Of a stretch of DNA of 64,000 nucleotides, positions 1-10,826 are shown piece after piece; position 1 is the first letter of the stretch, and each line of letters opens with the position of its first letter. The position numbers and the translations under genes are program-made. Origin of the DNA: an uncultured Nitrososphaeraceae archaeon (GTDB lineage Archaea; Thermoproteota; Nitrososphaeria; Nitrososphaerales; Nitrososphaeraceae); assembly GCA_963729045.1 (NCBI GenBank), contig CAVSMN010000014.1:1-64000 (forward strand). Direction: 5' to 3'. A model generated the notes under the pieces. It saw only the letters and a program-made list of their open reading frames with translations. It did not search any database and was not told the DNA's origin.

Positions 1-404
1 TTTGATTTTCTTGTAAATGCTCTTGCTAAGCGAATCGAATGCATGGTTGCCTCAGCTCCAGTATTCATAATTCTTATCATTTCTGCACATGGAATTATTT
101 TGGAACAAATTTCAGCTAGCTGAGTTTCCTTTTCTGTAGGTATAAAATAGATTGCCTTTGTCTATCTGACTCTTTATTTCAGAGCCTATTTGTTGATTAC
201 CATGTCCTAGAAAAACTGATCCGTAACCTAGGCAATAATCAATTAATACATTACCATCATTGGTAAATAGCCTACTTGCGTTGGCAGATTCAACAAAAAA
301 GGGTACGGTTGAAAATATCTGACTGGACTATTAACCCCTCCTGGAATCACTTTGGATGCTTTTTCAAATAGAATACGTGATTTATCAAATGTTATATCCG
401 TCAT
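1..404 (-). CDS. hemL: glutamate-1-semialdehyde 2,1-aminomutase, N-terminal part (runs off window)
   Basis: Not in ORF track. My translation from ATG at 404: MTDITFDKSRILFEKASKVIPGGVNSPVRYF...IDYCLGYGSVFLGH...RIMNTGAEATMHSIRLARAFT, which has the diagnostic PGGVNSPVR and NxGxEAT motifs; same strand as upstream hemB/hemA. Confidence 0.95.
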
Positions 405-801
405 GAGGTATAATGATATTGTTGGTTATATGTTCTAGATATACATTATCTAATATTTTAATTATCAACACTTTTGGTCTAAAATTTCTAACTTTCGATC
501 ATCTCATTAATTGGATTTTTGGATGATTCTTTGATTGTTTCTATCTTCTGGATAGGTGCTTACCTACATACATATTTACATTTCATTAGCTACTATTCAA
601 GTGATCAAAACAATTTTGTTTTTCCTTGGATTTTCATTTATTTGGAGTCATATGTATAAGACAAGAACTAAGTAGACATCTATGCTATATACATACCTTC
701 TTCATCAACAACAAGAAAGGGACAATTTATAAATACTAGATTTTGATCTGCATGGTCAAAAAAGGAGAAAAAATGTGATTTAAAGGAAACTATGAAGAAC
801 T

Positions 802-960
802 CTATCTTGCTGCTGCCAATATTATTAATACTATTCCAACTATTGCTAGAATAAACCCTACTATCTTCGCTATGGTATTTGCACAAGGAGGCAGCATGCT
901 TGAAATCGAATAAAATATTACACCAATTATGGTAATAATTATTCCAGAAACCCAACTCAC
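802..960 (-). CDS. small two-helix membrane protein (52 aa)
   Basis: GTG at 960 to TAG at 802: MSWVSGIIITIIGVIFYSISSMLPPCANTIAKIVGFILAIVGIVLIILAAAR, two clean hydrophobic helices with a Pro-Pro turn; more protein-like than the overlapping 680..1003 track ORF. Confidence 0.7.
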   Translation of the reverse strand: MSWVSGIIITIIGVIFYSISSMLPPCANTIAKIVGFILAIVGIVLIILAAAR

Positions 961-1641
961 ATAATATATGTAACTTTATTAGAATATCATTGTTTAGTGA
1001 CAATCTTTTAGCAAATTCTAGGAATGGTCTACTAAAAGGCTGACATTACTTCTGTAATGATTTTATCTATTGCAACGGTCCCAATATTTTGACCTTCAGT
1101 GTGATTTAATCACGATGAGGTTTATTGAAACATCTGAATTCTAAATCCTAGTATTTGGCACGTTAGAGGATGATTAAAAATGTATCCTAAATAATCGTCA
1201 ACATGATTTTAAAAACTAGCTGCTTGTTTCCTGATTTTGGTTTTTTTTCCAAATTTTCTCGCTTTTTCTAGAATCCTGTAATAGGTCATTGTCTGATTAA
1301 AAACTAATGAGATAATGAATATAGTTGCGAGTATTACAGCAAGCATAAAAGTTAAATGCTGTAAAAAACTCATACTTATTACAAAAAGTCATACACTTAT
1401 ATGTCTAATCATTTATCTGCGTATTCTTGAATAGACAGAAATTAGTAGGTTGTAAAATTCTTTGAATTAATAATTATTTTTTAGAAAATTCAGATCACCG
1501 AAAGTGGCTAGGTAGGAAAACCTGTCAATTGCTGGGCTATCTCTTTATGGACAGATCTTTCAAAATACTTTAATCACTTCTTAATTTATCTTTAATAAGA
1601 AATTCATAAAAGATAATAAAGGCAAATGTCCATAACAGTTA

Positions 1642-2229
1642 ATGCAAAATTATGTAACATTAATCCTTGTTATTATGTTGATAAGTGGTTTTGCTTTTTT
1701 AGGCTTGATTGCAACTACCACTTTGGCATTGCCTATTGATTTTCTTGACAATACTTATGTTTTTGGACCTATTACTGGATTAACACAGGATAATAACGGT
1801 ACAATAGATTGGGTACTGGCAGGAGTATGGAGAGCAAGTTTACCTAACGCTACCGATACCTCAATTGATACAAACAGTAGTTCATTTAATGCAGCAATTG
1901 AAATGATTCGACCTGATGGTACTGGTAGACATACACATACTCTAACTGATTTTACTTTGTTAAATTCTTCTCAATCTGATACTAATTCTACATTCTATAA
2001 TGGGACTTCCACTGTTAGCCTTGCCAAAGGTCCTGCACTTGACATTCCTACCTCCATTGCATTATCAAATAAGAGCGCAATATCAATATGGCTTGATCCT
2101 GAAAGTGTAGATCATCATTTTGGCGATTCACATACCATATTTGGAATAGTGGCGAGTCCTGAATTTGACAGGTCCATTCAGAATTCTCCCCTACAAAATG
2201 GACCAGGTAATAATACGCTGGATCATTAA
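1642..2229 (+). CDS. secreted/membrane-anchored hypothetical protein
   Basis: N-terminal hydrophobic signal, many N-x-S/T sequons, HTH(T) and DHHFG His clusters. Confidence 0.75.
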   Translation: MQNYVTLILVIMLISGFAFLGLIATTTLALPIDFLDNTYVFGPITGLTQDNNGTIDWVLAGVWRASLPNATDTSIDTNSSSFNAAIEMIRPDGTGRHTHTLTDFTLLNSSQSDTNSTFYNGTSTVSLAKGPALDIPTSIALSNKSAISIWLDPESVDHHFGDSHTIFGIVASPEFDRSIQNSPLQNGPGNNTLDH

Positions 2230-2303
2230 ATAACCGAATTTTTCTTCATTTTATTTTTGGACTTTAAAAAACTATTTAAATAATGGATCATTGATATTAC
2301 GAG

Positions 2304-3262
2304 ATGAAGCTTATTCCATTTGCTATTTTAAGCACACTTGTAATAGGTGTGATGTTATTAACGGCAAGCCACTTCTCTGCATATGCCCTAGAATTTGCTC
2401 ATAAAACTATGTGGGGGAGAAAGGTGTTGCTCAAGGTCAATTTAACCAGGTTTCTGGTATCGGTGTTGACTCTGAAGATAATGTGTATGTATCAGATTTT
2501 GCCGGATATACAACCAAAATGATCCAAAAATTTACTCCTAATGGCACATTTATCCTTGGTTTTGGTACATTTGGCAATGGGCCACAGTACTTTACTAATC
2601 CTGCTGGCATTGCAATAAATTCCAATAATTCTGTTTACATAGCTGACTTTGGAAATCCCACTTATGCAATAAAGGAATTTACTCCTAATGGCACATTTAT
2701 CCGATCTATAGGATCATTTGGCCTTGGTCCTGGATTATTTATTAGTCCAGGTGGTGTCGGCGTGGACAAAGAAAATAATCTTTATGCCACAGATTTTGGA
2801 GAAAATAATAACGTGCAGAAATTCGATCCGAATGGGTATTACATGATGAGTTTTGGGTCACCAGGTATCGGTAATGGTCAATTTAATAATCCTGCAGATG
2901 TAGCCGTGGATTCAAATAATAATATTTTTGTAACTGATTCTAGTAACAACAGGGTACAAAAATTCGATCAGGATGGAAATTACTTGATGAAATTCGGAAC
3001 CTTCGGATCAGGCAATGGTCAATTTAAAGCACCTATGGATTTAGCAATAGATCCTGCTAACAATGTTTACGTGGCAGACAGCGATAACAACAGAATTCAA
3101 GTTTTTTACAATAATGGTACGTATATTACTCAATTTGGAAATACAGGTGCATCACATGAAAGGGTTCAGGATCCGGTCGGAATTGCATTGGATTCCCAAG
3201 GAGATGTATACGTGGCCGATGGGAAAGATACAGACATTCACGTGTTCTCTCCAATACCTTAA
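2304..3262 (+). CDS. secreted NHL-repeat (six-bladed beta-propeller) protein; 1-nt frameshift in G-run at ~2413-2417
   Basis: Signal peptide ORF 2304.. joins ORF 2411..3262 if TGGGGGAG gains one G (MWG-EKG); repeated GQFxxPxG(I/V)A(V/I)D...VYVAD..N.RIQ(K/V)F blades. Confidence 0.9.
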
Positions 3263-3345
3263 TTTTTAATAATTTTCTATAGTATGATACTTGATTACCT
3301 AATAATTGAGTATTCTATATCAAACCAAACCAAACTTTCATTTCT

Positions 3346-4434
3346 CTAACTATTCCTTAAAATTTCTGCCATTTTTTTTGCATAATAAGATATTATAATA
3401 TTTGCACCTGCTCGTTTGATAGCCGTCAGAGATTCCGTAACAGCTAGATTTTCATCCATCCAATTATTCAACGTAGCTGCTTTTATCATGGAATATTCTC
3501 CAGATACACTATATGCTGCAATAGGATGAAGAGTATTTTGCTTTGCAGCATAAATTAGATCTAAATTGGGTATCGCTGGTTTTATCATAAGTACATCTGC
3601 ACCTTCTTCGACATCTGATTTAATTTCTCTACCGGCTTCTCTTGAATTATGATAGCTCATTTGATATGAAAGTCTATTACCAAATTCAGGTTTAGAGTGT
3701 GCTGCGTCTCTAAAGGGAGAAAAAAAAGATGATGCCTGTTTGGCAGAATATCCCATTATTAGTGTATCCTTAAATTCATTATCATCAAGAATATCTCTTA
3801 TAGATTTTACCTGGCCATCCATCATTGCTGAAGGTGCTACTATATCAGCACCGGCGACCGCATGGCTCAAAGCAGTCTTTGACAGTATATCCAAAGATTT
3901 GTCGTTATTAATCTCATTTCCTTGGAAAATTCCACAATGGCCATGTGATGTATACTGACATAGGCATACATCCGTAATTATAGCTAATTTTTCTCCAAAG
4001 TTTTTCTTAATGGATTTGATGGTTTCTTGAACAATACCTTTGTCATTGAATGAATTTTTTCCATTAGGGTCTTTCTTTAGTGGGATCCCAAAGAGTATTA
4101 TTCCCTTAATTCCAAGGGTTGAAATCTGGTCAATTTCTTCTAAAATTTTATCTGGAGAATATCTAAATATTCCTGGCATTGATTCTATTTCCAGATTTTT
4201 GTTTATCCCCTCTTGAACAAATATAGGCATAACAAAGTCTTTTGGAGATAAACGTATCTCTTGGAAGAGTTCTCTTATAGCAGCAGTTTTTCTTAATCTC
4301 CTTAATCGCATTTTTGGAAAGAGTTCATAACTAGAATGTTTATCTGAGATGAAAGTTGTGTTATCTCTAAAATCGCTATCTATACTTTGGTTCTTGTCTA
4401 TGTTCCTTGATTTATCTACGTTACGGTTTTTCAT
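3346..4434 (-). CDS. hemB: porphobilinogen synthase (delta-aminolevulinic acid dehydratase)
   Basis: RLRRLR, DVCLCQYTSHGHCG Zn motif, PSAMMDG, MIKPA, YSVSGEY. Confidence 0.97.
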   Translation of the reverse strand: MKNRNVDKSRNIDKNQSIDSDFRDNTTFISDKHSSYELFPKMRLRRLRKTAAIRELFQEIRLSPKDFVMPIFVQEGINKNLEIESMPGIFRYSPDKILEEIDQISTLGIKGIILFGIPLKKDPNGKNSFNDKGIVQETIKSIKKNFGEKLAIITDVCLCQYTSHGHCGIFQGNEINNDKSLDILSKTALSHAVAGADIVAPSAMMDGQVKSIRDILDDNEFKDTLIMGYSAKQASSFFSPFRDAAHSKPEFGNRLSYQMSYHNSREAGREIKSDVEEGADVLMIKPAIPNLDLIYAAKQNTLHPIAAYSVSGEYSMIKAATLNNWMDENLAVTESLTAIKRAGANIIISYYAKKMAEILRNS

Positions 4435-5707
4435 AATTAAATAACTTTAAAGCCAAATTTATTAATTCATTTTCATTTTTATTATTTGCAAATTCCTTTC
4501 GTAGGTTATTCATAGGTGTAGATAATATCCCTTCTACCAGTGCATATGAAAACTGTTCAAGAATCTTAATATCATCATTACTAACTCTATTACCAATTAA
4601 TGATAAGGCCTTTTTGAATTCTTTGTTTCTTATAGAATCTGCATTCTTGAATATGGTTATTATAGCTGGTTCAGAACTCTTTCTTTTTAAAATTTCCTTG
4701 ATTGCTATCAGTTCATCATTTATTATCTTTTCTGCTGATTGAATTTCTTTTTTCCTTCTTCCAACATTCTTTTCTACAATTTCTGAAATTTGATCGATAT
4801 TTACCAATTTGATATTATTTAGAGTAGCAATCTTGTCTTCTACAGTTCTGGGATTTGATAAATCAAAAATCATTAATCCCTTGTTTCTGTTTTTCATCAT
4901 ATTGGCAATTCTCTCATATGTTAGTAAATAATATGGAGCAACCGTTGAGATGAATACAATATCTATATTGTCATTGATTTTTTCCAAAGCCGTTTCAAAA
5001 GGTATGGGGGAACCAGCTACAGTATCTGCAAATGATCGTGCTCTTTCAAAAGTTCTGCTTGTAACAAAAAATTTCATATTTCTTTGTTTCAGAGCTTTCG
5101 CGATTAAACTAGCTCCCTCTCCAGAGCCAATGAGGAGAATCTCTTTTTCTTTTATGTCATCAAAATATTCATAGGCTAAATTTACTGCCATAGACCCAAC
5201 TGATGTGCTTCCTTTGTTAATACCTGTTAAAGTTCTAACTCTGCTTCCTATTTTTATCGTCTTGTCAAAAAGTATGTTTAGATTCGGACCTGCAAATCCG
5301 TTTTTTCTTGAAAACTCTAGGGATCTTTTGACCTGACCCAAAATTTGATCCTCGCCTACTACTAACGAATCAAGCCCAGATGTTAATTTCACTAGATGTT
5401 TTAAAGCTTCTTCCCCATCGTTTATTATTACATTATTTTTCACTTGATCTGCTGGTAAATTAATTAAATAAGACCATGCGGTAATTAAATTCTCATAATC
5501 AGGATTTATTCCTACACCATAAATTTCAACACGATTACATGTCTGCAAAATAATACATTCTTGCAAATCAGCCAAATTCAACAGGTGTTGATGAGCATCA
5601 AAAACATCTTTAAAAGCAAATTTTTCTAATATGTGAATAGGGGAGTTTTTAAATGTGACTCTTATATTGACAAATTGTGATGATTGTACTCCTAGATATA
5701 GCGTCAT
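4421..5707 (-). CDS. hemA: glutamyl-tRNA reductase
   Basis: TCNRVEIY catalytic motif, SGLDSLVVGEDQILGQ, Rossmann IGSGE, DLSNPR. Confidence 0.97.
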   Translation of the reverse strand: MTLYLGVQSSQFVNIRVTFKNSPIHILEKFAFKDVFDAHQHLLNLADLQECIILQTCNRVEIYGVGINPDYENLITAWSYLINLPADQVKNNVIINDGEEALKHLVKLTSGLDSLVVGEDQILGQVKRSLEFSRKNGFAGPNLNILFDKTIKIGSRVRTLTGINKGSTSVGSMAVNLAYEYFDDIKEKEILLIGSGEGASLIAKALKQRNMKFFVTSRTFERARSFADTVAGSPIPFETALEKINDNIDIVFISTVAPYYLLTYERIANMMKNRNKGLMIFDLSNPRTVEDKIATLNNIKLVNIDQISEIVEKNVGRRKKEIQSAEKIINDELIAIKEILKRKSSEPAIITIFKNADSIRNKEFKKALSLIGNRVSNDDIKILEQFSYALVEGILSTPMNNLRKEFANNKNENELINLALKLFNYEKP

Positions 5708-6378
5708 CTGCTTTTATTATCCTCCCATTTATCTAATGTATTAATAATTCTTTCTTTGGCCTTATCTATGTTATTTTTTGCTATTAATTCTTGAATCTCT
5801 CGATCGTCTACTATGCTGTACAAAAACTTCCTTCTTTCATGTTGATTATCGATGTAGTCTCTTACATGTTCTCTGGCAAATTCTTGAATTTTAATATTAT
5901 CTGTATCTTTTTTCCCTATTATATTTTTTATAGCATTTTCAATTCTGTCTCTAATGATTTTGCTCATCAAGGGGCTTTTCCCCGACGTGGAAATTGCTAT
6001 CTGAATTATTTCATCAATATTTATTATCGAAGTGAAAAAGAAATCACTTGCTGAGGCATCATCAATGCTATAAGAAAGTAGTCCTTTCTCCTTTGCCCTC
6101 TCTATAATTTTTTTGTTCAAAAATGGATCATTAGTTGATGCAAAAACTACAAAAATATCATTAAACTCATCTATGATACTTGGATCCTCAATTTTTCTTC
6201 TTATTATAATGATTGGATTATTTTTTCCCTCTATTTCATAAAGTGATTCATTGACAGTTTCGCTTATTATTATTATTTTGCAATCGTGTTTAGACAACGA
6301 TTTTATCCTCTTGGCGCCCTCCATGCCAGCCCCTATCACCAAGATATTTCTGCCTTTCAGGTTTAAGTCAACAATCAC
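5704..6378 (-). CDS. sirC: precorrin-2 dehydrogenase / sirohydrochlorin ferrochelatase (SirC/Met8 type)
   Basis: MIVDLNLKGRNILVIGAG, IAISTSGKSP motif; overlaps hemA start. Confidence 0.9.
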   Translation of the reverse strand: MIVDLNLKGRNILVIGAGMEGAKRIKSLSKHDCKIIIISETVNESLYEIEGKNNPIIIIRRKIEDPSIIDEFNDIFVVFASTNDPFLNKKIIERAKEKGLLSYSIDDASASDFFFTSIINIDEIIQIAISTSGKSPLMSKIIRDRIENAIKNIIGKKDTDNIKIQEFAREHVRDYIDNQHERRKFLYSIVDDREIQELIAKNNIDKAKERIINTLDKWEDNKSR

Positions 6379-6584
6379 GTCTATTAAAGATCGTCTTCAA
6401 TTAGATTTAATATAGTTTATTTATTAAACCCATGACTACATCATGCTTCAGATAATAAACTAAAATTATGGCATCTTTTTCGTTAGATCAGTCCCATTCC
6501 ATATTTTTCTAATTTGCCTTTAACATTGTTTAGTCCGAATTATTAGCATTATTGAAATATTGGATTAGATAAAATAATGTATAT

Positions 6585-7601
6585 TTGAATTTTAGTCCAG
6601 ATTCTAGTCCGTTCTTTAATACTAAATCGAATAAAAATCCTTTTTCTTTAGATTTATTACCTAATTTACCCGATGATATGATAAAGTTATTAAAAGAATC
6701 AGGCTATCTGTCCATAAAAGATCTGGTTATAGAGGGACCGTTTGAAATTTCTACCAGGGCTGGAATCAGTATCGATGATTCTACCTTCATTTATAATCAA
6801 TCTATTACATTTCTTGAGGAGTTTGGAATAATGGAAAAGCGCTTTACTCCCGCTACAGCCTTGTATCATAAACGAAAAAAAATAGGAAGGATTTCTACGG
6901 GTTCTGAGAACTTTGACAAACTTCTTGGGGGTGGAATTGAAACTAATGCTATTACCGAAGTTTACGGGGAATTCGGAACGGGGAAAACGCAGTTATGTCA
7001 TACTGCTTGCGTAATGGTACAACTCAATCATTCGGAAGGCGGGCTAGAAGGCGGAGCACTATTTATTGATACCGAAAATACTTTTAGACCCGAAAGAATT
7101 GATGCCATTTCAAGAGCCCGTGCTCTAAACCCAACTAAAATCCTTGATAACATTGTGGTTGCAAAGGCATACAGTAGTTCGCATCAGGAACTGATATTGT
7201 CTGAGTCAAGCAGAATAATTGAGTCTCAAGACATAAAGTTAATGATATTTGATTCTGCGATCTCTTTATACCGTTCTGAATTTCTGGGGTTATCTACCCT
7301 ATCAATCCGTCAACAGCGTTTGAATAAGTTAGTTCATACTATTATGAGGATCGCTCAAACTCACCAAATCGCCGTCTTATTAACCAATCAGGTTCAGTCC
7401 TCACCAGAATCGGGTTTTGCCGGGAATGCCTTTAAAGCTGCTGGCGGAAATATCTTCGCGCATTCTAGTACATACCGGATTTTTCTGAGAAAGGCCGACA
7501 GAAATCGGATCGCTAGAATTGTCGATTCGCCAAATCATCCTGAGAGTGAAATTTTGTTTTCAATAGGAGAATCTGGAATTTCTGATCCTATAAAAAAATG
7601 A
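6585..7601 (+). CDS. radA: RadA/Rad51-family recombinase (RadA or close paralogue)
   Basis: FTPA oligomerisation motif, Walker A GEFGTGKTQ, IDTENTFRPER, Walker B IFDS, TNQV, GGNIFAH, VDSP. Confidence 0.85.
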   Translation: MNFSPDSSPFFNTKSNKNPFSLDLLPNLPDDMIKLLKESGYLSIKDLVIEGPFEISTRAGISIDDSTFIYNQSITFLEEFGIMEKRFTPATALYHKRKKIGRISTGSENFDKLLGGGIETNAITEVYGEFGTGKTQLCHTACVMVQLNHSEGGLEGGALFIDTENTFRPERIDAISRARALNPTKILDNIVVAKAYSSSHQELILSESSRIIESQDIKLMIFDSAISLYRSEFLGLSTLSIRQQRLNKLVHTIMRIAQTHQIAVLLTNQVQSSPESGFAGNAFKAAGGNIFAHSSTYRIFLRKADRNRIARIVDSPNHPESEILFSIGESGISDPIKK

Positions 7602-7668
7602 AGTACAAGTAGAGATATTGTATTTTGATTGTAAATAATTTTTATTAGGGTATTTATGAAATGATGTT

Positions 7669-7953
7669 ATGCCCTCATCACACGGAACTAGAAGGAAATC
7701 CCGATCGATATTAACAAAATCTAACAAAATTACCGGTATATCATATTTGCTCATAGAATATAAACCAGGTGATAAAGTTGTAATTGATATAGACCCAAGC
7801 GAGCATAATACTATGCCTCATAGACGTTTTCAGGGCAAAGTTGGAATAATCGAGCATGTTGGCAGACGCATAGTTAAAGTCGTTGTAGTGTTCGGAAGTA
7901 AGCCAAAGTACTTGCAAACAAAACTTAATCATATTCGACCAATAGTTGTCTAA
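7669..7953 (+). CDS. rpl21e: 50S ribosomal protein L21e
   Basis: SHGTRRKSR, GDKVVIDIDPS, MPHRRFQGKVG, HIRP. Confidence 0.96.
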   Translation: MPSSHGTRRKSRSILTKSNKITGISYLLIEYKPGDKVVIDIDPSEHNTMPHRRFQGKVGIIEHVGRRIVKVVVVFGSKPKYLQTKLNHIRPIVV

Positions 7954-7968
7954 CTAATTATAAAGTGT

Positions 7969-8346
7969 GTGCTTGATTTGCCCGAAGTAATAAAAAGAGA
8001 GATCGTCACTTTGTCTGAAGTGAAAAAAATATTAGAATCTATTCCTGTGGATGAGATGGATCAAATTCAACGTTGGACATTTGATTACTCTAAGAAGTTT
8101 TCAAAGGTTGATTACGAGCCAGCTAAAGAAATGGTCGATAGGCTTGTGGCTGAAGGTGATTTGACCAATGAAGAGTCTGTAGAATTGGTAAACGTAATGC
8201 CGCGGTCCATAGAAGAATTGAGGGCTTTTACATTTGGGTGGAAAAAATTAATAGTTACAGAAAAACTTGAAAAGATTAAATCCATTTTACTCTCTAAGAG
8301 TGAGAATAATGGGGACGAACAACTTCAATCACAAGTTGAAAGTTAA
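7969..8346 (+). CDS. rpo4: RNA polymerase subunit Rpo4 (RpoF)
   Basis: TLSEVKKIL, QRWTFDYSKKFSK, VNVMPRSIEELRA; conserved position after rpl21e. Confidence 0.92.
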   Translation: MLDLPEVIKREIVTLSEVKKILESIPVDEMDQIQRWTFDYSKKFSKVDYEPAKEMVDRLVAEGDLTNEESVELVNVMPRSIEELRAFTFGWKKLIVTEKLEKIKSILLSKSENNGDEQLQSQVES

Positions 8347-8389
8347 ATAAAAAGTCATTTCTTATATATTTGTAAAGGTAAAACATATT

Positions 8390-8992
8390 TTGTCAAGGTA
8401 TAATTCAAACAGAGATAATTATAGCAGACATGGTGATACTTTTTCTCCACGAAAATTCGAAGAGTATGCTTACATTTTAGATTATATTCAAAATGGAAAA
8501 TCTTCTATAGTGAGAATGAGGGAGGGAGTAATTATTCACGCAATAGGTGAAGAGCATTTAACATTATTAGAATTATTGGGAATTAGTAACGAAAAATTTA
8601 GCATTGGTGAACGTGTGTATATCGGTAAAGATGGGCGTGAGAAGATTATTAGTGTATTGGGCAGACTTGATTATACTCACATTTCTCAATCCGCAAAAAA
8701 TGAATTACCAATTGTAATTGAAAAAATAGTCAATGTAAATGAAAAACGATTTATAGATTATTTCAATTCCGCTCAACCAATGACACCACGGGTTCATTCC
8801 CTTGAGCTTATCCCTGGAATAGGGAAAACATACATGAAGTCGATACTGGATGAAAGAGATAAGCGAAAATTCGAATCATTTTCAGATCTACAAAATAGGA
8901 CGGGATTACGAGATGTAACAAAATTGATTGCAAAAAGAATATACGATGAAATTTCTGGCGAAACCCGAATGAATATCTTTGTAAGAAAATAG
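8390..8992 (+). CDS. DUF655 family putative RNA-binding protein
   Basis: EEYAYILD, IGEEHLTLLE, HSLELIPGIGK HhH motif; standard archaeal rpl21e-rpoF-DUF655-ksgA order. Confidence 0.92.
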   Translation: MSRYNSNRDNYSRHGDTFSPRKFEEYAYILDYIQNGKSSIVRMREGVIIHAIGEEHLTLLELLGISNEKFSIGERVYIGKDGREKIISVLGRLDYTHISQSAKNELPIVIEKIVNVNEKRFIDYFNSAQPMTPRVHSLELIPGIGKTYMKSILDERDKRKFESFSDLQNRTGLRDVTKLIAKRIYDEISGETRMNIFVRK

Positions 8993-9067
8993 GGTTGTAA
9001 TTTTTATTCCAGAATTTTCACGGCAATCTATTCAAAAAAGTTAGGTCACAAAATTTCTCAACTCACA

Positions 9068-9844
9068 TTGAAAAAACCTACCATTTTAGGACAAAATTTT
9101 CTCGTAGATCATACTATGATGAGAAAAATAATTCAGGAATCTAAAATCAATAGAGAAGATGTGATATACGAAGTTGGAACTGGAAAGGGCATCCTTACTA
9201 CAGAGCTATGCAAAATTTCAAAATTTGTACATTCATTCGAATTGGATTCTACTCTGTACTCTCATTGTAAGAGAAATTTGAAACATGCGAATTTAGCATT
9301 ATTGCAACTGGATGGTTTTAATGAAAATCTGACTATTCCCTTTGATGTTTTTTTCTCTAGTCTACCTTACTATGAGAGCCGAAACGCAGTAACATGGTTG
9401 TGCCAAAAAAATTTTAAAAGGGGAATAATCCTATTACAACGTGAATTTGTTGAAAAACTTCTCTCAAAGCCTGGAGAGAAGAATTATAGGGCTATTTCTA
9501 TATTGTCTCAATATAGGTTCTCAATCAAAAAGTTATTCGATGTTCCTCGTACGTCGTTTTCACCAATCCCAAAAGTTGATTCAGTCTTAATCGAGATATG
9601 CCCAAGAACATCACCCTTAACAAATAAACTCATTAAGGATATTCAATTCTTGTTATCCTTTAGGAAAAAGACCATCTCCTTTATAGTCAATTATTTTAAA
9701 AAGAATTATAACAGTGAATTTGACGATTTTGATCATAATGGATTTGGAAAAAATAAACTTGTAAAATTGTCTCCCGAAGACATAATTCGTTTTAGTACAT
9801 ACTTGAATAATACCTTTAATGGCAAACAGATAATAAAAAATTGA
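9068..9844 (+). CDS. rsmA: 16S rRNA adenine dimethyltransferase KsgA/Dim1
   Basis: LGQNFL, EVGTGKGILT, SLPY, FSPIPKVDS. Confidence 0.93.
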   Translation: MKKPTILGQNFLVDHTMMRKIIQESKINREDVIYEVGTGKGILTTELCKISKFVHSFELDSTLYSHCKRNLKHANLALLQLDGFNENLTIPFDVFFSSLPYYESRNAVTWLCQKNFKRGIILLQREFVEKLLSKPGEKNYRAISILSQYRFSIKKLFDVPRTSFSPIPKVDSVLIEICPRTSPLTNKLIKDIQFLLSFRKKTISFIVNYFKKNYNSEFDDFDHNGFGKNKLVKLSPEDIIRFSTYLNNTFNGKQIIKN

Positions 9845-10281
9845 TTCATTAGCCAACCATAAATTTCAGAAGGAAGGACTAGTTTCTACAGTTGATATCT
9901 TATTTGCTATTTCCTTTTGCTTTCTCCATCGTCATACATATACAAGAATATTCCGCATTAAAACAAGCTCCGTCTAACATTTGTCTTGATTTACCTATTT
10001 TTATGATGAAGTCTAGGAGAAAAATAAATTATCCAAGTTTATTGTGACACCTTCTACCCACTGTAGTTGATAAACTTGTTCATAATCATCCAAATGTTAG
10101 AAACAACCATAATTCAAAAAACTAGAATATTAATAAAAATAAGTGATATTTATCATGATGATTAACTATTTTTTCAAGGCAGAACACTGTGAATTATATA
10201 AGGATTTCTGCAACTATTTTATTATCGATTGCATTAGAAACATTTAGAAATTTGTATTAAAAAAAGATAGTTTGTGTTGTC

Positions 10282-10722
10282 TTGATTGGCGAATACAGTA
10301 TACTGATTCAAGGTATTCATTCGGTTTCATCAATTTTATGGTGGAGTGTTACCCTAATTGTAGTTACTATTATTAGACCTCTAAACGGAAGGGGCAACTT
10401 ATCTATCATCTTGCCGCACATTCGTAAACTTGTGATATTTGCCTCTACAGTTTCTATTACAAGCGGATTTGTCCTATTTGGCTTTAATTCAAATTTCCAA
10501 TTTGAGGATTTGATTCATACAACAAAGGGTATCGTCATTCTATTTGGCGGTTCTCTATCCCTAGTAGTTTATTATCATGTTTTATCTGGATCAAAGCCCA
10601 ATTCAGTGGCATCAAAGTTGCACAAAGGGTTGAAATTGAATAAATTTATTCCTTACATCATGTTCGGTTTTCTTACTACTGCCCTAGTATCAATGATCCT
10701 TGCATCTGCGATCATATTTTAA
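10282..10722 (+). CDS. four-helix integral membrane protein
   Basis: Four hydrophobic segments; N-terminal IH...W pattern loosely like CopD/DUF4149-type proteins. Confidence 0.6.
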   Translation: MIGEYSILIQGIHSVSSILWWSVTLIVVTIIRPLNGRGNLSIILPHIRKLVIFASTVSITSGFVLFGFNSNFQFEDLIHTTKGIVILFGGSLSLVVYYHVLSGSKPNSVASKLHKGLKLNKFIPYIMFGFLTTALVSMILASAIIF

Positions 10723-10826
10723 CTATATCATCAAACCTTGAAGCAGTAAATTCTTGATAGATTTCACTCGTTGATATCTAATAATGCATTTCAAAATTCC
10801 TCTTTGATATTTATTTGATGATGATT

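Noticed and set aside
680..1003. 107-aa track ORF
   Set aside because: Unprotein-like composition; overlapping frame 802..960 gives a far more plausible membrane protein.
1490..1560. Two small hairpins (CAC-CGAAA-GTG; GGTAGG-AAAA-CCTGTC) as a riboswitch or ncRNA
   Set aside because: Short stems with several G-U pairs and no match to an RNA family I recognise.
2411..2418. Phase-variable G-tract in the NHL gene
   Set aside because: Run is only 5 G, and homopolymer sequencing error is the simpler explanation.
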